From contig OZ253454.1 in NCBI GenBank assembly GCA_965261475.1, positions 1,516,086 through 1,580,085 on the forward strand: DNA of 64,000 nucleotides, in the 5' to 3' direction. This DNA is from a bacterium (GTDB lineage: Bacteria > SAR324 > XYD2-FULL-50-16 > G965216635). The position numbers were made by a program, and so were the translations under genes. Positions within the stretch are counted from its first letter, which is position 1; every line of letters starts with the position of its first letter. This document shows, piece after piece, positions 1 through 9,585 of this stretch. Under the pieces are notes generated by a model that worked only from the letters and a program-made list of their open reading frames with translations, was not told the origin of the DNA and searched no databases.

Positions 1-1
1 G

Positions 2-508
2 ATATTTTTTCCAGAATTTTCTTTATTTGAGGTAGAGAAAATTATTTTGCAAACTACAAATTTACAAAGAGAAGTAGTCAAATGGAGTTTTCCGTTTCAT
101 AAATCTGGTATTCAAAAAGAATGGTTGCAAGAGTTAGATAAATTTTTTCAAACACGCCAAACAATTTGGGAATTATTGAGCGTAGCAAACTTAGAGAGAT
201 TTATAGAGTTGCTAAATTTTGGAGAATCACAAGAGAAAGAAAATACATTTTTTGCTTGTTTTTTTTTTGTATTAGCCTTTTTTTATGACCTATGGCTTTT
301 TTCTCTTCAAAAAGATCCCGCCGAAGAGTTTCTTTATAGCCCTGATTTACAAAATTTTACTAAAAAGGCAATAAGCCGCTACAATCTTGGCAAAATTTAT
401 AAGCTTTTTCAAAATACCATGCAAGTAGAAGCGTCAATCAAAAAATTTATCAACAAACCTTTAGGCTGGAATAGCTTAATTATTCAAATAAAAAATTCTC
501 TTTCTTAA
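2..508 (+). CDS. hypothetical protein, 5' end probably outside the window
   Basis: The frame of the 47..508 ORF has no stop back to position 2, so the track start is TTG at 47. No motif recognised. Confidence 0.4.
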   Translation: MFFPEFSLFEVEKIILQTTNLQREVVKWSFPFHKSGIQKEWLQELDKFFQTRQTIWELLSVANLERFIELLNFGESQEKENTFFACFFFVLAFFYDLWLFSLQKDPAEEFLYSPDLQNFTKKAISRYNLGKIYKLFQNTMQVEASIKKFINKPLGWNSLIIQIKNSLS

Positions 509-607
509 ACTAAAAACTTGCAAGAGTTTGTAGATTATGCAATAAACATACAAAAAAGATAAGATTTTTATAATTATTTTTTATTTTTTAGCAAGGAGAA
601 TATAGCG

Positions 608-2206
608 ATGAGTATGAAGCTGCAGGTAAAAATGAGTCAGCGGTTGATGATGAATCCACAATTGCAGCAAGCAATAAAGCTTTTGCAAATGTCTAGGTTA
701 GAGATGGAGCAATTTATTCAACAAAACTTATTAGAAAACCCTGTATTAGAAGAAGTAGAAAATATATCTGAGCCAACGCTAGACAGCGAAGATGTTTCTG
801 ATGAGCATTCTCAAGAACAAGATTTTTTAGACACTATTGACCCTGACTACGATTACGAATCTTACAATACAGAATATGAAACTTCTAGCAAAGTCAAAGA
901 AACTGATTTTAATGAGCAACAAAATATTCTTGAAACTACTCTTAGCAAAGATATTACTTTATCTGAAAACCTAATCAAACAAATTAGTGTTGGGGATTTT
1001 AATGCTTTAGAAAAATATATTCTTTGTTATTTAGCAAACAATCTTTACGAAAATGGTTATCTTTGTGGAAGTCTAGCGGAACTTTTGGCGTCTAGCAAAG
1101 AGGCTCTAGATACCGTACAAAGCTTATATGCTAAATATACCCTTAATAGAGAGCTTGAGCTAGCTGCTAGATGGGCTTTTTGTAGTACAGAGTATCAGAA
1201 AAAATTAAAACAAGAACAAAGTAATTTTCATTGTAAAGTAGAGGCAATACCTGCTAAAGCTATTTTTGTGGCAAACACTTTACTATTAGAGATTCAAAAA
1301 TTATATCCTCTAGGTTGTGGAAGTAGGTCTTTGCAAGAATGCTTGAGTGTGCAAGCTAGAGAGAGGTTTGCTGCTCACTCACTAGAGTATCTTATGTTGT
1401 CGGAGCATTGGCATTTTTTTATAAATAAAAAATATAAAATGCTTGCTAAGAAACTAGGTTGCAGTGTAGAAAATATAGAAAAATCAGCAAAAAAAATCCA
1501 AACTCTAACCCCATTTCCTGGCAATGTTTTTATTACCAAGGAAGCAGAGACAATCATACCAGATGTTTATCTTATAAAGCAAAATGGAGAGTATAAAATA
1601 CGGCTAAATAACAAATTTCATAAATTTCATGTTAATCCTTACTATAAAAAAATAATCGAGGATTATAGTAAAAAAAAAATTTATCAATCTAATATTGTTT
1701 CAGACAAAGAAGTATCTCAGCGTTATATTTTAGAAAAAGTCAGAGCGGGAGAGTGGCTCATAAAAAATATTGAACAAAGACAAGAAACCATACAAAAGGT
1801 GTCTGAAAGCATTCTAAAAAAACAACACAAATTTTTTCAAAGAGGAAAAGAATATTTACGACCTATGGTGCTTAAAGATATAGCGCAAGATATAGGAATG
1901 CACGAATCAACAGTGAGTAGAATTACTAATCGCAAATATATTTGTACACCTCGTGGCACTTTTGAGCTAAAATATTTTTTTTCTAGCGGTATAGAACAAG
2001 CAAGCGGAGAAGTTGTTTCTTCTTTGAGTATCAAGGAATATATTCGTCAAATTATTTCTAAGGAAAATCTCAAAAAACCTGTTACAGATGATTATATTGT
2101 CATTGAACTTGCAAAAAAGAAAGATATTAAACTTGCTCGTCGTACTATTGCTAAATATCGTGAAGCGATGGGTATTCTTTCCTCTAACAAAAGGCGTTTA
2201 AGATAG
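608..2206 (+). CDS. rpoN: RNA polymerase sigma-54 factor
   Basis: 532-aa ORF. It has N-terminal region I (SQRLMMNPQLQQAIKLLQMSRLE), an acidic region II, a C-terminal HTH (ESTVSRITNRKY) and the RpoN box ARRTIAKYREAMGI. Confidence 0.95.
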   Translation: MSMKLQVKMSQRLMMNPQLQQAIKLLQMSRLEMEQFIQQNLLENPVLEEVENISEPTLDSEDVSDEHSQEQDFLDTIDPDYDYESYNTEYETSSKVKETDFNEQQNILETTLSKDITLSENLIKQISVGDFNALEKYILCYLANNLYENGYLCGSLAELLASSKEALDTVQSLYAKYTLNRELELAARWAFCSTEYQKKLKQEQSNFHCKVEAIPAKAIFVANTLLLEIQKLYPLGCGSRSLQECLSVQARERFAAHSLEYLMLSEHWHFFINKKYKMLAKKLGCSVENIEKSAKKIQTLTPFPGNVFITKEAETIIPDVYLIKQNGEYKIRLNNKFHKFHVNPYYKKIIEDYSKKKIYQSNIVSDKEVSQRYILEKVRAGEWLIKNIEQRQETIQKVSESILKKQHKFFQRGKEYLRPMVLKDIAQDIGMHESTVSRITNRKYICTPRGTFELKYFFSSGIEQASGEVVSSLSIKEYIRQIISKENLKKPVTDDYIVIELAKKKDIKLARRTIAKYREAMGILSSNKRRLR

Positions 2207-2223
2207 AAATATAATCAACAACA

Positions 2224-3174
2224 ATGGACCAATTAACACAACTTAGTAGCTATACAGAGGTTGTAGCTGATACAGGAGAAATAGAACTACTTAAAAAATA
2301 CACTCCATTAGATGCTACCACCAATCCTAGCTTGATCTTGAAAGCTCTACAAAAATCAAAATATCAATCTCTATTAGCAAAAGCCGTCAAAGATGCAAAA
2401 ACTAGGGGAGGTAGCAAGAGTGATATATTGGATTTTGCTTTAAAAAAAACAGCTGTTTTTTTTGGAGTAGAGATTTTAAATCTGATAAAAGGCAGAGTAT
2501 CTACAGAAATTGATGCAAGGCTTTCTTTTGATACTCAAGGAAGCATCGCTCAAGCGAAACAAATTATCAATCTCTATGAGCAAAATGGTGTAGCTAAAAA
2601 TAGAGTGCTGATTAAAATTGCTGCTACTTGGGAAGGATTACAAGCTGCTTTACAATTAGAAAAAGAAGGTATTTGTTGCAATATCACCTTGCTTTTTACC
2701 TTTTGTCAGGCGGTAGTTGCAGCGCAAGTAAGGAGCTATCTTATTTCTCCTTTTGTTGGTAGAATTTTGGATTGGTATCAGTATCAGCAACCTAACGCAG
2801 ATTTTAATGGCAGCAAAGATCCAGGAGTGCAATTTGTAAGTAAAATTTATTATTACTACAAAAAATACAATATCAAAACAATTGTGATGGGAGCAAGTTT
2901 TCGTAATACAGAACAAATAAGACAACTTGCAGGTTGTGATAAACTAACGATTAGTCCAGAGCTTCTACAAGAGTTAGCAACTCAAACAACGCCTTTGGTA
3001 AGAAAATTAAAACCTCTGCCTACTAATAGCCGTGAGGCTTGTTGTTTTACAGAAAACGATTTTCGTCTTGCTTTGAATAATGACGCTATGGCGACAGAAA
3101 AACTTGCAGCAGGTATTCGGAAGTTTAGTGAAGATACACAAAAACTAGAGCAGCTTATTTGCAAGAGGTTGTAA
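2224..3174 (+). CDS. tal: transaldolase
   Basis: 316 aa. Motifs DATTNPSLIL, GRVSTEIDARLSFD and LIKIAATWEG are typical of TalB-type transaldolase. Confidence 0.9.
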   Translation: MDQLTQLSSYTEVVADTGEIELLKKYTPLDATTNPSLILKALQKSKYQSLLAKAVKDAKTRGGSKSDILDFALKKTAVFFGVEILNLIKGRVSTEIDARLSFDTQGSIAQAKQIINLYEQNGVAKNRVLIKIAATWEGLQAALQLEKEGICCNITLLFTFCQAVVAAQVRSYLISPFVGRILDWYQYQQPNADFNGSKDPGVQFVSKIYYYYKKYNIKTIVMGASFRNTEQIRQLAGCDKLTISPELLQELATQTTPLVRKLKPLPTNSREACCFTENDFRLALNNDAMATEKLAAGIRKFSEDTQKLEQLICKRL

Positions 3175-3178
3175 ATTT

Positions 3179-4696
3179 TTAAAATATTCCCTTAACGCTG
3201 GAGCTAGTTAGAGGCTGCAGGTCTGAAACGGGGTTTAATCTTAGCAGTTCTTTGTTTGATAACACTGGAAGTTTTTGTACTAATTTTAAAAACATATTCT
3301 GTTCTTTTTCAGAAATCAATTTTTCACTCAGTGTTAAAAATTTGTTGATATAGTGTTTTCTTTGAAAAGGGTTTTTTCCTAGCGGGTGAGCATTAGCAAT
3401 TGCTTTGTTTGCTATTATTTTTTCTCCTGATTGAAGTATAATTTCTAGCTCGCCTCCAAAAGCTTTTTCTTGCGGGTTGTTTGAGTGGTATCTTTTTGTC
3501 CACTGATGATCTTCTGTAGTTACTATTTTGTGCCATAGTTTTACAGTATCTGCTCTGTTTGCACGCTCAGGAGCATAGGAGTTTATATGGTGCCATTTAC
3601 CGTCTTGCAGTGCTACTGCTAGTATATACATAATAGAATGATCTAAAGTTTCTCTGCTTGCTTGTGGATTGATTTTTTGCGGATCGTTTGCTCCACTACC
3701 AATTACATGATGAGTATGATGTGAAGTGTGTAGTATAATTTTTTTTACTTGACTCCAATCTCCCTTAATTTTTTCTTTAACTATATCTCCAAGTTCAAAC
3801 GCTAAATCTATAAGGGCTTGGCTTTGATATTCTGCAGAATGCTCTTTAGTGTAGCTTTCTAAAATAGATTTTCTTGGCTCTTCAGATTCTGGTAGTAGAA
3901 TTTTATAGTTAGCGTCTTTACCGTCCAACATACAAGCAACTACACTCTCTTCTCCTTCGTAAATTGGGCTTGGTGATTTTTCACCTCTCATGCATCTATC
4001 AATAGCTTCAATAGCTAGTTTACCAGCGTGTGATGGTGCAAAAGCTTTCCAACTAGAAATTTCTCCTTTACGAGATTGTCTAGTAGTACAAGCTGTGTGT
4101 AGTGCTTGATTGATAGCTTGAAAAACAGTGTCTACAGGTAGTTGCAAAAGCGTACCTATGCCTCCTGTTACGCTAGGCGCTAGATGGGCTATATGATCTA
4201 TTTTGTGCTTGTGCAAACAAATAGCTCTAACTAAATTTATTTGTATCTCATAACTTGTCAAAATAGCATGTAGTAAGTCTAGCCCCGTTTTTTGACATTG
4301 TTGGGCGGTAGCTAAAAGAGGAGGAATATTATCTCCTGGGTGACTGTAATCTGCAGCTAAATAAGTATCATGGAAGTCCAACTCTCTAACTGCAGTGCAG
4401 TTAGCCCAAGCAGCCCATTCTGCTCCTACTTGTAACTTAAATGGCATTCCAAAGATACTAGCTCCATTTTTTCTACGGTGTGTTTTTGCCATTTCTCTAG
4501 CGGTAATTACTGGAGCCCTATTCCAAGAAGCAATTGCAACTGCAGCGTTATCAATAATACGATTGATAACCATTTGTACAGCTTCATTGTCTAATTTTGC
4601 TTTTTGTACAGAAAGTTCTGCTAATTTCCAAGCTAATTGTTTTTTTTTAGCTAGTAATTCTTTTTCAGGATATACCTTGAGTAAATGTTCCTTCAA
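3179..4696 (-). CDS. prpD: MmgE/PrpD-family dehydratase (2-methylcitrate dehydratase-like)
   Basis: 505 aa with full-length resemblance to the PrpD family (LDFHDTYLAADYSHPGDNIPPLLA, HLAPSVTGG, HHVIGSG). Confidence 0.8.
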   Translation of the reverse strand: MKEHLLKVYPEKELLAKKKQLAWKLAELSVQKAKLDNEAVQMVINRIIDNAAVAIASWNRAPVITAREMAKTHRRKNGASIFGMPFKLQVGAEWAAWANCTAVRELDFHDTYLAADYSHPGDNIPPLLATAQQCQKTGLDLLHAILTSYEIQINLVRAICLHKHKIDHIAHLAPSVTGGIGTLLQLPVDTVFQAINQALHTACTTRQSRKGEISSWKAFAPSHAGKLAIEAIDRCMRGEKSPSPIYEGEESVVACMLDGKDANYKILLPESEEPRKSILESYTKEHSAEYQSQALIDLAFELGDIVKEKIKGDWSQVKKIILHTSHHTHHVIGSGANDPQKINPQASRETLDHSIMYILAVALQDGKWHHINSYAPERANRADTVKLWHKIVTTEDHQWTKRYHSNNPQEKAFGGELEIILQSGEKIIANKAIANAHPLGKNPFQRKHYINKFLTLSEKLISEKEQNMFLKLVQKLPVLSNKELLRLNPVSDLQPLTSSSVKGIF

Positions 4697-4856
4697 TTTT
4701 AGCTTATTATATGTAGATTTGATGAGTTATGATCACAGCAAAATTTTTAGTTTGTTTTCTTAAATATTTTTTAATTTTAAATAGTGTTTGAATGTTTGAG
4801 AATTATTTAATTGGTTGTTTTTTACTGAAGTTCAGTAAATGTAATATATTTTATCA

Positions 4857-5840
4857 CTAAATTTTGACTACAACTCTTTTAGCTAGTTTGCCATCTAGTA
4901 ATTCTGCTGCTTTTTTTGCAGCTAGTGATAAAGGAATGATTTCACTCATTTGCTTGCATTCTACTGGAGTTATTAGCTCCGCAATTTTTTTCCATGCTCT
5001 TTTTCTGTTTTTAAGAGGTTGTGTTACAGAATTAATTCCTACCATAGTTATTCCCCGTAAAATAAATGGCATCATAGTTGTATTTAGGTTACTACCTCCT
5101 GTTAAGCCACATACGGCAACTACGCCATTATTGTCAGTAGCAGTTAAAATACTAGCAAGTACATCTGAGCCCACAGTGTCTATGGCTGCTGCCCATTGAG
5201 TTTTTTCCAGTGCTTTAGTAAAGGTTTTTAACTCAGCTCGGCGACGAATTTCTTTTGCTCCTTGTTTTCTTAAAATATTAAATTGCTCTTCTTTGCCTGT
5301 AAAAGCTATAACCTCAAACCCAAGTTTTCGCAAGAATAACACTGCAAAGCTTCCTACGCCTCCGCTAGCTCCTGTAACCGCAACTCTGCCTTTGGCAGGG
5401 CTAATGCCGTGGTCTAATAGAGCTAAAATACAAAGCATGCTAGTATAACCCGCAGTGCCTATTGCCATACAACTTTGCATATCTAGTTCTTTAGGAATTT
5501 TTTGTAGCCATTTTGCTGGAATTTGAGCTCTTTGAGCTAGACCTCCCCAATATTTTTCTCCAATTTCCCAGCCATTTATAAATACAGGAGTGCCTTTTTT
5601 AAATTTGCCGCTAAGATCTTTTATTACTTTACCTGCTAGGTCTATACCAGGCACCATAGGAAAACTTCTAGCAATAGGAGCTTTGTTTAGCAAGGCAAGG
5701 GCATCTTTATAGTTTATGGTGCTATAAGCTACATCCAACAACACTTCATTTTGAGGCAAATAGTCAATTTGCTTTAGTTTACAAGTAACTTCTAGATCTT
5801 TTTCAATGAGCCATCCTGTAAAAGGCGGTATTTTTTCCAT
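4857..5840 (-). CDS. YhdH/AcuI-type NADPH-dependent MDR oxidoreductase (acrylyl-CoA reductase-like)
   Basis: 327 aa. INYKDALAL..., FPMVPGIDLAGKV and VTGASGGVGS match the YhdH subfamily of zinc-free medium-chain reductases. Confidence 0.7.
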   Translation of the reverse strand: MEKIPPFTGWLIEKDLEVTCKLKQIDYLPQNEVLLDVAYSTINYKDALALLNKAPIARSFPMVPGIDLAGKVIKDLSGKFKKGTPVFINGWEIGEKYWGGLAQRAQIPAKWLQKIPKELDMQSCMAIGTAGYTSMLCILALLDHGISPAKGRVAVTGASGGVGSFAVLFLRKLGFEVIAFTGKEEQFNILRKQGAKEIRRRAELKTFTKALEKTQWAAAIDTVGSDVLASILTATDNNGVVAVCGLTGGSNLNTTMMPFILRGITMVGINSVTQPLKNRKRAWKKIAELITPVECKQMSEIIPLSLAAKKAAELLDGKLAKRVVVKI

Positions 5841-6027
5841 GTTTTTACGATTAAAAAATTTATCAGTATCTTTTAGCTAATTTGTTATCTTTATCTTTCA
5901 CAGCGTTTTATTGATTTTGTTCAATTTTTAGAGCAATCAAAAATTTTAGGATATAGCATAATATTTACTCAAAATAACTACAAAATAAATCTATTGTTTT
6001 AGCAAGAAATAGTTTTACTGATTTTTA

Positions 6028-6507
6028 TTATTTACAGTCCAAAGCAGCTTCTCCTGTGCGAGAGACTTCTAAAACTTTGTAGTGCGCCCTGAAGTGTTTT
6101 AGCATTTGATCAATTTCTTGTCCATCACCTAAATATTCAAAACAAACAAAGTTTTTGTTTTGTACGCGAATCGATGAGGGTAGTTTATGAATATCATCTA
6201 GAATTTTTTGCTCGTTTTCCTTTAGCAATTTTATTTTAACTAGAGCCAGCTCTCTTATTACAGCTTTGCCTATCTCTATGAGTTTTGCTTCATAAACATA
6301 GACGATATTTTTTAAGAGTTTTATAATTTTCTGAATATTTTTTTCGCTTTCAAAACACACAAGAGTCAATCTTTGTATTCCTTCTTCTCTGCTTTCCCCT
6401 GAGCAGATAGAATGCAGGTTATAGCCACGAGAGCCTAGTAACTCTATAACACGAGATAAAGCACCAAATCTATCTTCTAATAGTATAGAAATAATTTTTT
6501 TATCCAT
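6028..6507 (-). CDS. ilvN: acetolactate synthase small (regulatory) subunit
   Basis: 159 aa. It has an N-terminal ACT domain (ISILLEDRFGALSRVIELLGSRGYNLHSI) and lies immediately downstream of the large subunit with a 1-nt overlap. Confidence 0.85.
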   Translation of the reverse strand: MDKKIISILLEDRFGALSRVIELLGSRGYNLHSICSGESREEGIQRLTLVCFESEKNIQKIIKLLKNIVYVYEAKLIEIGKAVIRELALVKIKLLKENEQKILDDIHKLPSSIRVQNKNFVCFEYLGDGQEIDQMLKHFRAHYKVLEVSRTGEAALDCK

Positions 6508-8231
6508 TAAGTTGTCGGTTTGTGGTTTTTATCTATAATAATATCTTGTAGTCTAGCGCCAGATGGAATCATAGGGTAGACATGGGCGTCTGGATCAATG
6601 AGGTATTCTACTAAAATAGGACCCTTTTCTTTTAACATTTTTTTAATAGAATTTACTACATCTTCTTTTTTATTAACTCTAATAGCTGGAATTCCAAAAG
6701 ATTCTGCTAAACGAATAAAGTTAGGATTTTGATCAAAAATAGTACTAGCGTATCTGTTGTTCCAAAAAAAATCTTGCCATTGTTTTACCATTCCTAAATT
6801 GTTATTATTGAAAATTAAAATTTTGACGGGAATATCGTATGAGCGAATAGTTGCAAGCTCTTGCATATTCATCTGGAAGCCTCCATCTCCGCTAATAGCA
6901 ATTGTTGGTCTGTCTGTTTTGTGTATGGCGACACCTATAGCAGCAGGCAAGCAAAAACCCATAGTGCCTAAGCCTCCTGAGGTAATTTGAGTTCTGGGGT
7001 ATTTATATTCGTAGTGTAAACAAGTAAACATTTGATGTTGCCCTACATCGGTCACTATATAGGCGTTGCCTTGGGTGATTTCTGATATTTTTTTTACAAT
7101 ATATTCTGGACGAATTTTTTTATTGATACTAGGGGATTTGTCGTAGTTAGGAGGTGGGAAGTTTTTTTTCATTGTTTGTAGTTCGTTTATCCATTTTTTA
7201 TGATCTAGTTTATGGGCAATTTTGTTGATAGCTTGCAAAAAAATTTTGGCATCACACCTTATTTTTATATTTGCCTTTTTTATCTTATCTAAGCTACTTC
7301 TATCTACATCTATATGAATAATTTTTGCTTGTATTAAAAAATCATCTACCTTGCCGGTTACTCTGTCGTCAAATCTAGTTCCAATTGCTAGTACTACATC
7401 TGTTTTCGTCATAGCAGTATTAGCGGTATAGTTACCGTGCATACCAATCATCCCTAGACATAGTTTGTGTGATTGAGGAAAAACACCTTGTCCCAAAATA
7501 GTGGTAGCTATTGGTATGTTTGTTTTGGTTATAAAGTTAAAAATTTCTTCTGCAGCGTTGCTAATTACTAACCCTCCTCCTCCATAGATCAAAGGTTTTT
7601 CGGCTACTTTGATTAACTCCCAGATAGCTTTGATATCTTTGCTAGCAACGCTGGTGTTTGGTTGGTAGCCCCTGCATTTTTCCTTAGCAAATTTTTTAAG
7701 TTTTTTGGTATCAATAAACTCTTTTTGTATGTCTACTGGAACATCGATCACTACAGGACCTGGTCTTCCTGTTTCTGCAATATAAAAAGATTTTTCTAAG
7801 ATGGCTTTGAGGTCAGTTATATCATTGATCAAAAAATTGTGTTTGGTAATAGGACGAGTGATACCAATGACATTCGTTTCTTGAAAGGCATCCGTACCTA
7901 AGACAGGTCTGCGGACTTGCCCACAAATTACTATCAAAGGTACAGAATCTAACATAGCATCGGCTATACCTGTAACGCAATTTGTAGCTCCAGGTCCAGA
8001 GGTTACGATTACTATCCCTGCTTTTCCTGTTACCTTCGCTAAACCTTCTGCGGCGTGAGTGGCTCCTTGCTCGTGCCGCACTAAAATTAACTTTGCTTCA
8101 GGGTAGTTTAGCAGTTCATCAAACAAGGGAATTACACAGCCTCCCGGGTAGCCAAAAATTTTTTTAACTCCTTGCTCCAGCAGGGTTTCTATAATAATTT
8201 GCGAGCCGCTGATTTTGTTTTTTTTTTTCAT
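6507..8231 (-). CDS. ilvB: acetolactate synthase large subunit (ThDP-dependent)
   Basis: About 574 aa. Motifs are GYPGG, GPGATN and the ThDP motif GDGGFQMNMQELAT...NN. The ATG at 8231 overlaps the hemE stop; the track start is TTG at 8234. Confidence 0.93.
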   Translation of the reverse strand: MKKKNKISGSQIIIETLLEQGVKKIFGYPGGCVIPLFDELLNYPEAKLILVRHEQGATHAAEGLAKVTGKAGIVIVTSGPGATNCVTGIADAMLDSVPLIVICGQVRRPVLGTDAFQETNVIGITRPITKHNFLINDITDLKAILEKSFYIAETGRPGPVVIDVPVDIQKEFIDTKKLKKFAKEKCRGYQPNTSVASKDIKAIWELIKVAEKPLIYGGGGLVISNAAEEIFNFITKTNIPIATTILGQGVFPQSHKLCLGMIGMHGNYTANTAMTKTDVVLAIGTRFDDRVTGKVDDFLIQAKIIHIDVDRSSLDKIKKANIKIRCDAKIFLQAINKIAHKLDHKKWINELQTMKKNFPPPNYDKSPSINKKIRPEYIVKKISEITQGNAYIVTDVGQHQMFTCLHYEYKYPRTQITSGGLGTMGFCLPAAIGVAIHKTDRPTIAISGDGGFQMNMQELATIRSYDIPVKILIFNNNNLGMVKQWQDFFWNNRYASTIFDQNPNFIRLAESFGIPAIRVNKKEDVVNSIKKMLKEKGPILVEYLIDPDAHVYPMIPSGARLQDIIIDKNHKPTT

Positions 8232-9274
8232 CAAATTGTTTGTAGCTCAATCTTTCTTAATTGTCTAATTAAGAGTGTAATCTTATTTATTGGTGTTTCT
8301 TTGTCTAAGCCTTGTCCAACATTAAAAATCCAAGCCTGGTTGCCAAAAGATGATACCATATTTGTTATTTCTTGTTGCAAAATTTTATGAGAAGAAAATA
8401 GGTGGAAAGGATCTAAGTTTCCTTGTAGTAGGGTATTTTTTTGTTTTTGTTTAATTTTTTTTAAAACTTTCCTAATATTTGTTCTCCAATCCAAACTCAA
8501 AGCGTCTGCTCCGCTTTCTAGTAAAGCATCTATCAAATGGGAGCCTCCGTTTATGTAGTAGATAATAGGGGTATCAAAGTCCTTTTTGAGTTTTTTTATT
8601 AGTTTTTGAACATAACCAAGCACAAATTTTTTGTAATCTGCTTCGTGAAAACAACTAGCCCAACTATCAAAGATTTGAATTACCTCAGCTCCTGAGCAAA
8701 TTTGATATTTCAAATAGTCATAGCAATTTTGAGTTAATTTTTCCATCAAAATCTCGTATTGCTCTGTTTGAGTAAAACAGAATTTTTTGATTGCAGAAAA
8801 ACCATGTGTTTTTGTATTGCCGCATAGATAGTAAGCTAGGGTAAAAGGGGCACCACCAAAGCCTATCAGAGTTTTGTTTGCTGGTAATTCTTGTGTAATT
8901 AACCCTAATGTCTCTCCCACATAAGACAAGTATTTTTGAGGGTCTTTTAACTCTAAATTTACAATATCTCTTTTGTTTTTAATAGGATTGGCTATCACAG
9001 GGTGTGGTACGAAATCTAACTCAATGCCCATAGGAATGAGTGGAGTTAAAATATCACAAAAAAAAATAACGGCGTCTAGGTCAAAGCGATGTAGCGGTTG
9101 CAAGGAAATTTCTGCTGCAATTTTTGGATTTGTGCACATTTGCAAAAACCCTCCGGCTTCTTTTTTAACCTTTCTATATTCTGGCAGGTATCTACCAGCT
9201 TGCCTCATAAACCAAAGAGGAATTTTTTTTGTTTTTTCTCTTCTAAGTGTTTGCAAGAGCAGTTTTTGTTTCAT
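8231..9274 (-). CDS. hemE: uroporphyrinogen decarboxylase
   Basis: PLWFMRQAGRYLPEY lies near the N-terminus. The internal ATG at 9274 fits the family length, so the 24-aa extension in the track is probably not translated. Confidence 0.9.
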   Translation of the reverse strand: MKQKLLLQTLRREKTKKIPLWFMRQAGRYLPEYRKVKKEAGGFLQMCTNPKIAAEISLQPLHRFDLDAVIFFCDILTPLIPMGIELDFVPHPVIANPIKNKRDIVNLELKDPQKYLSYVGETLGLITQELPANKTLIGFGGAPFTLAYYLCGNTKTHGFSAIKKFCFTQTEQYEILMEKLTQNCYDYLKYQICSGAEVIQIFDSWASCFHEADYKKFVLGYVQKLIKKLKKDFDTPIIYYINGGSHLIDALLESGADALSLDWRTNIRKVLKKIKQKQKNTLLQGNLDPFHLFSSHKILQQEITNMVSSFGNQAWIFNVGQGLDKETPINKITLLIRQLRKIELQTI

Positions 9275-9285
9275 AAAACTAAGAA

Positions 9286-9543
9286 TTAAACACCTAAAAT
9301 TGTATCTAATTTTTTTTGCTCTTCTAACTGATAGATATATTGACAATCACCGACGAATTTATCATCTACAAAAACTTCAGGTACAGAAGTCTTACCTCCT
9401 GTTCTTTTGATCATTTCTGCTTTTTTTTCGGGGTTATTTGCTATATTTATTTCTGTATAGACTACATTTTTTGCCATAAGCAAATTCTTTGCTTCCCGAC
9501 AAAATGGACAAGATGGAGTAGTATAAATTTCAATTTTTTTCAT
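9286..9543 (-). CDS. grxC: glutaredoxin
   Basis: 85 aa. It has a CPFC active site, TSVPEVFVDDKFVG and the usual size for the family. Confidence 0.85.
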   Translation of the reverse strand: MKKIEIYTTPSCPFCREAKNLLMAKNVVYTEINIANNPEKKAEMIKRTGGKTSVPEVFVDDKFVGDCQYIYQLEEQKKLDTILGV

Positions 9544-9585
9544 AGATTTTTAATATTTGAGTGCAAAGTATGTGTATAAAACATG

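Noticed and set aside
4395-4763. Many 60-170 aa ORFs antisense to long genes, for example 4395..4763, 4864..5199, 12439..12948, 25893..26378, 27150..27482, 41674..42165, 43755..44147 and 52302..52857.
   Set aside because: Each is fully embedded opposite a confidently identified gene, has low-complexity or hydrophobic shadow-frame composition, and carries no recognisable motif. They were treated as non-coding.
8218-8228. An 11-nt homopolymer (A11 on the coding strand) in the first codons of ilvB, as a possible phase-variation tract.
   Set aside because: Lys-encoding A-runs at gene starts are common in this AT-rich window (for example rplK at 43233-43242 and a run of A and T tracts in other genes). 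A core biosynthetic gene is also an unlikely contingency locus.
9275-9346. N-terminal extensions in the track ORFs for hemE (9346), ffh (15115), BI-1 (36409), the SPOR-like protein (46200), the UMF1 MFS (33727) and the GspJ-like pseudopilin (57801).
   Set aside because: Internal ATG codons give N-termini that match the family consensus and remove overlaps with neighbouring genes. Several of the longer forms start at non-ATG codons.
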